Source: Pseudomonadota bacterium
GTDB taxonomy: Bacteria; Myxococcota_A; UBA9160; JADFDR01
DNA: 64,000 bases
Direction: 5' to 3'
NCBI GenBank assembly: GCA_003353845.1
Contig: PIVT01000001.1
Span: 45,760-109,759, forward strand
The position numbers and the translations under genes were made by a program. Shown here piece after piece: positions 28,387-37,100 of the stretch (the first letter of the stretch is position 1; each line of letters opens with the position of its first letter). The notes below the pieces were generated by a model. That model saw only the letters and a program-made list of their open reading frames with translations, searched no databases and was not told where the DNA came from.

Positions 28387-29381
28387 CAGTATTTTTGCAC
28401 GGCATGGGGCATTTCCATCCCGAGAACGAGATCACCAACCAGTTTCTGGAAGATCTCGACATCGGAACGGATGACAAATGGATTATGGAGCGCGTGGGGA
28501 TTCAAACCCGCCGCACCGTGTTGCCCTTGGATTACATTCGAGAAACGAAGAATGTTGATGTGCGCGCGGGCTTTGAATCGCAGTTGTATTCCAATGCCGA
28601 AGTGGGCAAGCGCGCTGCGGACCTCGCCATCGCCCGAGCTGGGATTGACCCTTCAGAAATCGGCATGGTCATCGCGGGTAGCTCTTGTTCCGATACCACG
28701 TCGCCTGCCGAAGCCTGCAATATCGCCAGGCTCTTGGAACTCGAGGTTCCAGCATTTGACATCAACTCGGCCTGCACGAGTTTCTTTACGCCGCTTTACC
28801 TGCTTTCCATGATGCAGGCCGACAAGCTGCCACCCTACATCTTACTTGTTGTTCCCGATACGTTGACGCGTGCCGTCGATTACAGGGACCGCTCTTCGGC
28901 CGTGTTGTGGGGAGATGCTGCTGGCGCCGCAGTAATTTCTACGCAGGTCGAAGGTGTCGCAGAAATTTTAGGTAATACGTTGGAATCAAGTCCTGCGGGT
29001 AACGACAAAGTGGTCGTGCCTCGAGTGTCACATTTTCATCAAGAAGGGCGAACGGTACAGATGTTCGCCATTAAAAAAACCATCCGTTGCTATCAGGGGC
29101 TGCTCAAAAGTCATAAACAACCCGAGCGCCCCTTCCACTTCGTCGGCCACCAAGCCAACCTGCGCATGCTGGAGAGCGTGTGTGATAAATGCGAAATCCC
29201 GCCAGAGCTGCACCACTGCAACGTGGAACAGTTCGGAAATACGGCAGGGGCAGGGTCGGCGACGGTGATCTCCCAGAACTGGGACAAGTGGACAGCAGAG
29301 GATGATCTGGCTGTCGTGGGCGTCGGTTCAGGATTGACCTGGTCGAGTTACGTCATGCGATTTGGAGCGAAGAAACAGTGA
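28383..29381 (+). CDS. fabH: 3-oxoacyl-ACP synthase III (FabH-like)
   Basis: 332 aa. Cys-His-Asn triad contexts are INSACTSF, FVGHQANLRM and FGNTAGAGS. The TTG start overlaps the upstream stop (TTGA). Confidence 0.8.
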   Translation: MTVFLHGMGHFHPENEITNQFLEDLDIGTDDKWIMERVGIQTRRTVLPLDYIRETKNVDVRAGFESQLYSNAEVGKRAADLAIARAGIDPSEIGMVIAGSSCSDTTSPAEACNIARLLELEVPAFDINSACTSFFTPLYLLSMMQADKLPPYILLVVPDTLTRAVDYRDRSSAVLWGDAAGAAVISTQVEGVAEILGNTLESSPAGNDKVVVPRVSHFHQEGRTVQMFAIKKTIRCYQGLLKSHKQPERPFHFVGHQANLRMLESVCDKCEIPPELHHCNVEQFGNTAGAGSATVISQNWDKWTAEDDLAVVGVGSGLTWSSYVMRFGAKKQ

Positions 29382-29965
29382 AGTACGAAGAATATCGAAA
29401 CCGAAATCAATTCAATAAAGAAGAACTATTAGGGCTGGCACACGGCACGTTGTTGGAAGATGCGCCCGAAACCTATAAGTCGCGCTTGCCCGCACCCCCC
29501 ATGCTCATGATCGACCGTGTCACGTCGGTTACACGCAATAGAAACAGGGGGCGAATTGTCGCAGAGAAGGATGTCTCCGTAGACGATTGGTTCTTTCAGT
29601 GTCATTTTTTAAGTGATCCCGTGCAACCGGGTTGTCTGGGCGTCGATGGCGTTTGGCAGCTTGTCGGTTTTTACATCGGTTGGAACGGAGGTTTGGGAGC
29701 AGGTCGCGCTTTGGGTTGCGGCGAGGTGGAGTTCTCAGGTCAGATCCGACCCTTCGACAGCGTCATGCGTTACGAAGTTGATATTGTGCGCTACTCCGAA
29801 TTGCCAGCATCGGGTTCGGCCATTGCCATTGGCAACGCCGTTGTGTTCATCGATGATGAACCGATCTACGAAGTAAAGAAAGCCAAGGTAGGTTTGTTCA
29901 AGGACATTGAATACCCCGACTACCCCATGCGTTCCGAAAAATCGCGCGGCGGGAGACTTGAATAG
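29378..29965 (+). CDS. fabA: 3-hydroxyacyl-ACP dehydratase/isomerase FabA
   Basis: 195 aa. LPAPPMLMIDRV and WFFQCHFLSDPVQPGCLGVDGVWQLVGF match the FabA active-site His/Asp region. GTGA overlap with fabH. Confidence 0.85.
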   Translation: MKYEEYRNRNQFNKEELLGLAHGTLLEDAPETYKSRLPAPPMLMIDRVTSVTRNRNRGRIVAEKDVSVDDWFFQCHFLSDPVQPGCLGVDGVWQLVGFYIGWNGGLGAGRALGCGEVEFSGQIRPFDSVMRYEVDIVRYSELPASGSAIAIGNAVVFIDDEPIYEVKKAKVGLFKDIEYPDYPMRSEKSRGGRLE

Positions 29966-30694
29966 ATGAGTGACAAGAAAGTTGCGTTGGTAACAGGTGG
30001 CGGTACGGGCATTGGCTCTGCAATTTGTCGTGCGCTGGCTGCGGAAGGTTTTCGCGTCGCGATTCATTATCGCTCCAGCGAGGCGGGTGCGGCAGCGCTT
30101 GCTAAAGAACTAGACGACGCATTTACCATTCAAGGTGACTTGTCCGACGCTAGTTCCATTGATGCCATGGTGAAAACCTTGAAAGCCGAGGCGGGTCGCT
30201 GTGATGTGTTGGTGAACAATGCGGGCTTCAACGTCAACGCACCGATGATGACCATGAAATTAGGTGACTACGATGCCGTGGCCGCTGTCGAACGCGGCGC
30301 CTGGTATCTGACCAAAATGATTGTGCGTCGCTTTATGTTCCGCGCAGAGTCGGGTCGCATCGTGAACATTTCCAGCATTGTGGGTCACACAGGCAACGCT
30401 GGCCAGGTGCCGTACACCATGGCCAAGGCTGGCTTGGATGCCATGACGAAGTCCATGGCGTTGGAGATGCAGGATCGAGGTGTCTTGGTGAATTCCGTTG
30501 CACCGGGCTTTATCGACACCGAGATGACGGAAGTGCTGCCAGAGGAGATCAAGGAAAGTATCTTGAGTAAGATTCCTTTGGGTCGTATGGGCAAGGCAGA
30601 AGAGATCGCAGAGGTCGTGACCTTCCTGGCCACCAAGGCTGGCTATATCACGGGTACAGTGCTGCACGTTAATGGAGGCATGTACGGTGGGTAA
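29966..30694 (+). CDS. fabG: 3-oxoacyl-ACP reductase
   Basis: 242 aa. Motifs TGGGTGIGSAI, NNAG and YTMAKAGLDAMTKSMA (Y-x3-K), with a C-terminal GTVLHVNGGMY. The ATG abuts the fabA TAG. Confidence 0.88.
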   Translation: MSDKKVALVTGGGTGIGSAICRALAAEGFRVAIHYRSSEAGAAALAKELDDAFTIQGDLSDASSIDAMVKTLKAEAGRCDVLVNNAGFNVNAPMMTMKLGDYDAVAAVERGAWYLTKMIVRRFMFRAESGRIVNISSIVGHTGNAGQVPYTMAKAGLDAMTKSMALEMQDRGVLVNSVAPGFIDTEMTEVLPEEIKESILSKIPLGRMGKAEEIAEVVTFLATKAGYITGTVLHVNGGMYGG

Positions 30695-31148
30695 AAAATT
30701 AACTCCAGAAGAAGTGCTCGATCTCTTGCCCCAGCAAGAGCCCTTTCGCTTTGTGGATGAAATTCTTGAGATTGACGAGGATCACATCGTCGCGACCTAT
30801 CGATTCAGCCCCGAGTTGGATTTCTACCGCGGACATTTCCCCGGTAATCCCGTAACCCCCGGCGTAATCTTGATCGAGTCCATGGCACAAGTGAGTGTGG
30901 TGGCCCAAGGCCTGTATCTCTTCGCCCAGGAGTTAGATGACATCTCCCAGATCAGTGAGATGGTGACGGTATTTACGGATGCCCAGGTAGACTTCTCGGG
31001 CATCGTAAAGCCCGGTGAACGCGTAACGATTCGCGGGAAGAAAAATTTTTATCGGCGCCGAAAACTGTGTGCCGACGTGGAAATGTGTCTCGATGACGGG
31101 ACCATTGTGTGCTCGGGCCGACTCTCGGGCATGGGAGTAAAACAATGA
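30687..31148 (+). CDS. FabZ-like 3-hydroxyacyl-ACP dehydratase (hotdog fold)
   Basis: Motifs LLPQQEPFRFVDEI and FYRGHFPGNPVTPGVILIESMAQV. The GTG at 30687 is preceded by GGAGG (30674-30678). The ORF track's ATG at 30672 is an alternative start. Confidence 0.75.
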   Translation: MGKKLTPEEVLDLLPQQEPFRFVDEILEIDEDHIVATYRFSPELDFYRGHFPGNPVTPGVILIESMAQVSVVAQGLYLFAQELDDISQISEMVTVFTDAQVDFSGIVKPGERVTIRGKKNFYRRRKLCADVEMCLDDGTIVCSGRLSGMGVKQ

Positions 31149-32416
31149 GCCGCAGAGTTGTGGTGACAGGAATGGGCGTGGTTGCGCCCAATGCAACGAA
31201 CCTCAAGTCCTTTGAGCAAGCCTTGCGAGAAGGCAAGTCGGGCCTCCGTTTCATCGAAGAATTGGCGGAGCTGAAATTTGGTTGCCACGTGGCCGGTGTA
31301 CCCCAAAATGTCGACGCCCTGTGTGAAGAATATTTTGACGAAGACGCCTTGATGGCCATGAATTCCAGCCATCGCATGGGTTGCTTGGCAGCTGTGGATG
31401 CCTGGACCGATGCGGGTCTGGAGCGCCCCGATCCCAAGGACGATACCGTGCATTGGGATACAGGTGCCGTGATTGGAACCGGCGTGGGCGGCTTGGACAC
31501 GGCCTGTGAAAAGGTCGGGCCTCTAACCGATGCCAAAAAGGTGCGTCGCCTGGGCAGCACCACTGTTGAGCAAGTCATGGGCAGTGGTGTGGCCGCGCGC
31601 GTAGGGGGTCTATTGGCCCTTGGAAACCAAGTGACGGCGAATTCCAGTGCCTGTAGCACGGGGAATGAGGCCATCATCATGGGGGCCGAACGCATTCAAT
31701 CGGGCAAGGCTGAGCGCATGTTATGTGGTGGGGTCGAAGGGGCCACGAAGTACATCTGGTCGGGTTTCGATGCCATGCGCGTCTTGTGCCGAACGCACAA
31801 TGATCGTCCCGAGGAAGCCTCGCGCCCCATGAGCGCTTCGGCCGCTGGTTTTATACCCGGTTCCGGCGGGGGTTTGGTCATGGTGGAGAGCTTGGAATCG
31901 GCGGAAGCGCGTGGAGCGCGTATTCACGCCGAAATTCTAGGATCGGGCCTCAACTGCGGTGGCCATCGGACCGGGGGCAGCATGACAGCGCCCAATCCAG
32001 ACAGCGTGCAGCGCTGTATTAAACTGGCGCTGGAAGATGCCGGCATCTCAGGTGAGGAGATTGACGCCATCAATGGACACCTCACAGCCACGGGAGCCGA
32101 TAAAACCGAAGTTAACAACTGGTCAAAAGGCTTGGAAAGGGAGACACTCCCTTGGATTTGTTCAACCAAGTCAATGATTGGTCACGGTCTCGGCGCAGCC
32201 GGTGCGATTGAATCCGTGGCCGCTATCTTGATGGTGAGCAAGGGGTTCGTACACCCCAGCATCAATTGTGAGGACGTGCACCCGGAGATCGAGCGCTTCG
32301 CCGATTCGATCCCCCACAAGCTCGTCGAAATGCCTGAAATGAAAACTATCATCAAGGCCGGATTTGGATTCGGGGATGTGAATTCCTGTTTGATCTTTCG
32401 CAAGTGGGAAGGCTGA
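31145..32416 (+). CDS. beta-ketoacyl-ACP synthase I/II-type (FabB/FabF-like)
   Basis: The N-terminus is MSRRVVVTGMGVV. Active-site Cys is in NSSACSTG, and the two His are in GGHRTGGSMTAPN and INGHLTAT. The C-terminus is GFGFGDVNSCLIF. ATGA overlap with the preceding gene; the ORF opens at 31109. Confidence 0.85.
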   Translation: MSRRVVVTGMGVVAPNATNLKSFEQALREGKSGLRFIEELAELKFGCHVAGVPQNVDALCEEYFDEDALMAMNSSHRMGCLAAVDAWTDAGLERPDPKDDTVHWDTGAVIGTGVGGLDTACEKVGPLTDAKKVRRLGSTTVEQVMGSGVAARVGGLLALGNQVTANSSACSTGNEAIIMGAERIQSGKAERMLCGGVEGATKYIWSGFDAMRVLCRTHNDRPEEASRPMSASAAGFIPGSGGGLVMVESLESAEARGARIHAEILGSGLNCGGHRTGGSMTAPNPDSVQRCIKLALEDAGISGEEIDAINGHLTATGADKTEVNNWSKGLERETLPWICSTKSMIGHGLGAAGAIESVAAILMVSKGFVHPSINCEDVHPEIERFADSIPHKLVEMPEMKTIIKAGFGFGDVNSCLIFRKWEG

Positions 32417-32481
32417 AGGCACTTAAGGCTAGATGAAGTATCCAGCCAGCCCAGACCCAATTTTAAAAGGAGTAAGTAGCA

Positions 32482-32730
32482 ATGAGTGAACAAGAAATTT
32501 TTGACAAGGTAGTGAAGATTCTTGAGCCCTATGTCAAGAACGAAGAAGCATTTGCAAGTGTGGTCAAAGAGACAAGTATTCTAGAAGACCTGAAGGTCAA
32601 TTCCGCTCGTCTCGTCGATGTGGTGCTCGCTTTCGAGGATGAGTTTGATATCGAAATTGCCGACGAAGACGCTGATGCCGTTGTGACCGTTGGCGATGCG
32701 GTTCGTATTATCACCGAAAAACTAGGCTAA
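32482..32730 (+). CDS. acyl carrier protein, non-canonical attachment motif
   Basis: 82 aa, acidic, with a four-helix ACP-like pattern. The putative phosphopantetheine Ser41 (nt 32602-32604) is in LEDLKVNSARLVDVVLAFEDEF, where housekeeping ACPs have LGADSLDTVELV. The RBS is AAAGGAG. Confidence 0.75.
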   Translation: MSEQEIFDKVVKILEPYVKNEEAFASVVKETSILEDLKVNSARLVDVVLAFEDEFDIEIADEDADAVVTVGDAVRIITEKLG

Positions 32731-32758
32731 TTCAGCCTTTTAAGCGGCGGGTCTAACG

Positions 32759-33508
32759 GTGTCAACTCTCTCCGAACGAGACCGCATCGCGCTTCGTATT
32801 CAACGCGAGGTTGGCAGGTTTTTCGGACCCCTCTGGATCCCCTTGATTGCGTGTGCTCTGCGTTTTGGTTTCGGGTACCGCATCAGGGGCGTACGTGAAT
32901 TGCGCCAGCGCTTTCTTGCGCTGCGGCGCGAGTTCGACGGTCCTCTGCTCATCTGTTCAAATCATCTAACGATGATTGATTCTGCCATCATTGCGACGGC
33001 CTTGGCGCCGTCATGGTGGTACTGCCTCCATTTTTCGGCGCTGGCTTGGAATATTCCAGAGCGACGAAACTTTGCCTCGAGCTACATCAATAACGCGTTG
33101 GTGTATTTGGTGAAGTGCATTCCCATTGTGCGCGGTGGGGATCGCAAAGATATCGCTCACGTGTTGGACTCCCTTACTTATTTGATGGGCCTTGGAGAGG
33201 TTGCCTTGATCTTTCCGGAGGGGGGGCGCTCCCGTACGGGTCGTGTGGAAATTGGTTCGGCGGCCTACGGTGTAGGGCGGATCGTGAAGACGCTGCCCGG
33301 TTGCCGCGTCCTTTGTGTTTATCTGCGCGGCGATGGCCAAGACGTACATTCGGATCTCCCCGTGCGTGGGGACCAGTTTGATATGGAATTTAGCTGCATC
33401 GAACCGACATCGGAGATGAAGGGGATGCGGGCAACACGCGATATTTCACTTCAGATTATGAATGAGATTGTCGCGCTTGAAGCGAGATACTTCGATGCTC
33501 GGCAATGA
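32759..33508 (+). CDS. PlsC/LPLAT-family acyltransferase
   Basis: 249 aa with a GTG start. The HX4D motif is in CSNHLTMID and the second block is ALIFPEGGRSRTG. It has an N-terminal hydrophobic segment. Confidence 0.75.
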   Translation: MSTLSERDRIALRIQREVGRFFGPLWIPLIACALRFGFGYRIRGVRELRQRFLALRREFDGPLLICSNHLTMIDSAIIATALAPSWWYCLHFSALAWNIPERRNFASSYINNALVYLVKCIPIVRGGDRKDIAHVLDSLTYLMGLGEVALIFPEGGRSRTGRVEIGSAAYGVGRIVKTLPGCRVLCVYLRGDGQDVHSDLPVRGDQFDMEFSCIEPTSEMKGMRATRDISLQIMNEIVALEARYFDARQ

Positions 33509-34127
33509 CATCGTCGATTTGTCTGATTTAGAGACACAGCCGGGCGCACAACACCCGCGTTTTGACAGCCGCGTCTTTACCCGGGAAGAGCGGGCTCGTT
33601 TGGATCAGTCCAGGGATTCGCACCGCTTGCGTTGGAGCTACTGGGCCGCCAAAGAAGCCACCTATAAATGGCTTCGCAAGCGGGACGAGGATGTTATTTT
33701 TTCCCCTCGGAGCATGTCGGTGTCCTTCGATAACGACAGCCTTGAAGGGGGAGAGGTACTTGTTGGTCCGGACCGCGTCGCCGTGAAGTTTTACCAACAT
33801 TCTGAATACGTACATGCCTTGGTGCATGACCCGGAGGCCGCTGTCTCCGCCCCTGCGATCGTCGTACACGTAGAGCGCATGGCTGATAGAGAGGTTGCGG
33901 CCGATTGTGCGAGCAGGCGCTTGCGCGAACTGGTGATTGCTCGGTTTTCGGCGGAACTCGAAATCGATCCGACGAATCTGTGCGTCGTGAGCGAGGGCAA
34001 GATCCCCAGGCTTGAAAGCAAGGGGGCGAGGCTAGAGGTGGATTTATCTTTTTCTCATCATGGACGTTATGCTGCCTTTGTAGCGCAACATGGAAACCAA
34101 CCAGCCGGTGAGCGAGGTGCTGCGTGA
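33495..34127 (+). CDS. 4'-phosphopantetheinyl transferase superfamily protein
   Basis: 210 aa from the ATG at 33495 (the ORF opens at 33462). GNDIVDL at the N-terminus and WAAKEATYKW match the PPTase G-x-D and W/F-x-x-KE-x-x-K motifs. Confidence 0.65.
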   Translation: MLGNDIVDLSDLETQPGAQHPRFDSRVFTREERARLDQSRDSHRLRWSYWAAKEATYKWLRKRDEDVIFSPRSMSVSFDNDSLEGGEVLVGPDRVAVKFYQHSEYVHALVHDPEAAVSAPAIVVHVERMADREVAADCASRRLRELVIARFSAELEIDPTNLCVVSEGKIPRLESKGARLEVDLSFSHHGRYAAFVAQHGNQPAGERGAA

Positions 34128-37100
34128 GTAAGATCAAGCCCATTCGTAGAGTTGCCATTGTGAACCGCGGTGAAGCGGCCATGCGCTGTATTCGAGCGGT
34201 GAAAGCCCTGGCGGCCTTAGAAGGAAGTGATCTTGTAGCCGTTGCGCTTTACACCGATGTCGATCGCGATGCCCCATTTGTGCGACATGCGGATGTTGTG
34301 CACCACTTGCCTCGTGAAGGCAGTGCGGTGTCCTCCTATTTGAATCACGATCTGTTGATCAGGGCTTTGCATGAAGTTAAAGCCGATGCCGTCTGGCCTG
34401 GCTGGGGCTTTGTCGCCGAAGATGCGGTGTTTGCGGACCGAGTGGAAGAAGAGGGCATGATCTTTTTAGGCCCCAGCGGCGACACCATGCGCAAGCTGGG
34501 CGACAAAATCGCATCAAAGAAATTGGCAGAGTCGGCCAAGGTTCCCGTGACCGCCTGGAGTGGCGCTGAAGTTGAGAGTGCTGAAGACGCCATCAAGCAC
34601 GGAGAGCAGATTGGCTATCCACTGGTGGTCAAAGCCTCGGCCGGTGGTGGTGGGCGCGGTATTCGCATGGTCGATACCCCTGAAGAGCTGCCAGCTGCCT
34701 TTGAGTCGGCGGCTTCCGAGGCCTTGAACGCCTTTGGGGACGGGCGCTTGTTCATGGAGGGCAAAGTAACGGGCGGTCGACACATTGAGGTGCAGATCGC
34801 GGCCGACAAGCACGGCCAGGTAGTGGCTGTCGGTTGCCGCGATTGTTCCGTGCAACGGCGTCATCAAAAAGTGCTGGAAGAAGCCCCGCCCATGGGGTTG
34901 TCGACCGATACGCTAGAAAACCTCAAAACCTCGTCAGTACGCCTTGCCGCTTCGGTGGGGTACTCCGGTGTGGGAACCGTCGAATTCCTGGTAAAGGAAC
35001 CCGAGATCTTCTTTCTGGAGATGAACCCGCGCTTGCAAGTGGAGCACGGTATCACGGAGGCCATTACGGGCGCTGATCTCGTGCAGGAACAAATCCGAAT
35101 CGGGCGCGGGGAGCGCCTTTTGAAAACGGAGTACACAGAGCAGGGTGTCGCCATTGAAGCCCGTGTGTGCGCCGAAGATCCCGATGCCGGATTTTTGCCC
35201 GCCCCCGGTCGGATCGCTTGTTTCGATCCCGCATTGGGGCCACGTATTCGCATCGACACCGGAGTGGTGGCGGGCAGTCGTGTCCCCGCCGATTTTGACT
35301 CTTTGATTGCCAAAGTGATCGCCACGGGTTCGACGCGTGAAGAAGCGCGAGCACTGTTGTCCTGTGCCCTGAACGATTTTGATTTGGTGATCGAAGGGGG
35401 TGCGACCAACAAGGGATATATTCTCGAGCTCTTGGAGTCAGAGGATTATCGCCGCGGGGGTGTCGATACTCTTTGGCTCGACCGTTGGAGTGCGGACCGC
35501 ACTGAGGTGCGCCCCTTCGCAGGGGAAGCCTTGGTGGTGGCTTCCTTGTTGGCTTATCGCCAAGTGCGAAACCTGGCCCTGATTAATTTTTATTCTGATA
35601 CCGCAGGGGCCACTCCGGCTTCGGCTCCCGCTTCCGTGGGCCAGGAAATGGATTTGAATTACTGCGGAGAGCAGTACCGACTCGATGTCTTTGCAATGGG
35701 CGCGCGTCGCTATCGTGTCCATCTCGACGGAACGGTTGTGAGCGCCACCCTGTACGAAGAAGGTCTGAACGCTGCGCGTTTGAAAATTCGAGATCAGATT
35801 TTACGAATTGTGTATGACGTGACGGATACCGACATTCGCGTTGAAGTCGAAAATTGCGCCCATCGATTCGGCCGACAAACAGCAGGGCGGGTCTGTGCTG
35901 GAACGCCGTCGTCTGTCGTAGCCGTTCATTCGAAACCGGGTGATGAAGTGCAAGCGGGCCAGTCCTTGGGCTTGCTTGAAGCCATGAAAATGGAAATTGG
36001 CTTTGACGCTCCCGTCAGCGGCATCGTCACTGAAGTGCACGTTCAAAAGGGCCAGCAAGTGGCGGCCGGCGATGTCTTGCTCGTCATCGAACCGGCTTCG
36101 GACGAAGATGCGGTTGGAGAGAAAGCCGAGCGCTTGTCCTTGCCTGTTGAACAAGATGCCTTGGCGGCCCTGTTTGCTTTAAACGAAGACGGTTCCTTGG
36201 GGCATCCGGATTTGTTGGCAGCCGACCGTGCTGATATCCAGGTGCGCCGTTCGGCCATTGCAGCCGTTCAGGAAGAAATCCGCAGAATTCTGTTGGGCTA
36301 CGACGCAAATCCCAAACGAGTGACAGCGTTGATTGCTTTTTTGGAGGCACCTTTCCCAGAGGCGCTTTCCGAAGAGTTCCGCAAAGAACTCAGTCAGATT
36401 GCTTCGGGGATCTCGCTGTTCTCGGATATCGAAGAACTCTTCATCCGCACGCCGCGTGCCTCGGTGTTGGGTAGTGCGGGTCCATCAAACAATGCACAGC
36501 TGCGCATCTTCTTGAGAAGGATGGGCGAGGAAGGTGAGGGGATGCCGGAAGAATTCCTCAGCTTGCTCAAACGCGCTTTGGCTCACTACCGAGTTGACGA
36601 CTTCTCGCGCATGGAACTGCTACAGCGATCCATGCTGCGCTTGTTTTCCTCTCAGCGAGAGCCGGATCTGCGGCATCGATTGGTGCACGGCATTGTCCGT
36701 TGCGTCATTCGCCTGGCCGAGTCGGGCATTGATATGGCCGGTAATCAAAACTTTGAGTACGCACTGACACGCATTGCTTCCATGCGCGGCCGTATTGACA
36801 ACGCATTGGCGGATCTGGCCATTGACGGTCGTTATAAGGTCTTTCAAGAGCCGGGCATCGAACGGAGTGCCGAGCATTCCACCGTGGCCTTGGAGCGTTG
36901 GCTCGCCCAAGCGGTGGATATCCCCACGACGCCACCCAGCGATATCGTAAATCATCTGGCTACAGCGCAGCGTGCCGTATTCAACCGGGTCGGCAGTTGG
37001 TTGGTGGAAAGCGATCCGCGCCATCGGCGCATTGCACTCGGCGTTGCACTGCGTCGTTATTATGCGCCGCGCGTGGCTACAGAAATTGAACCTCGCTTGC

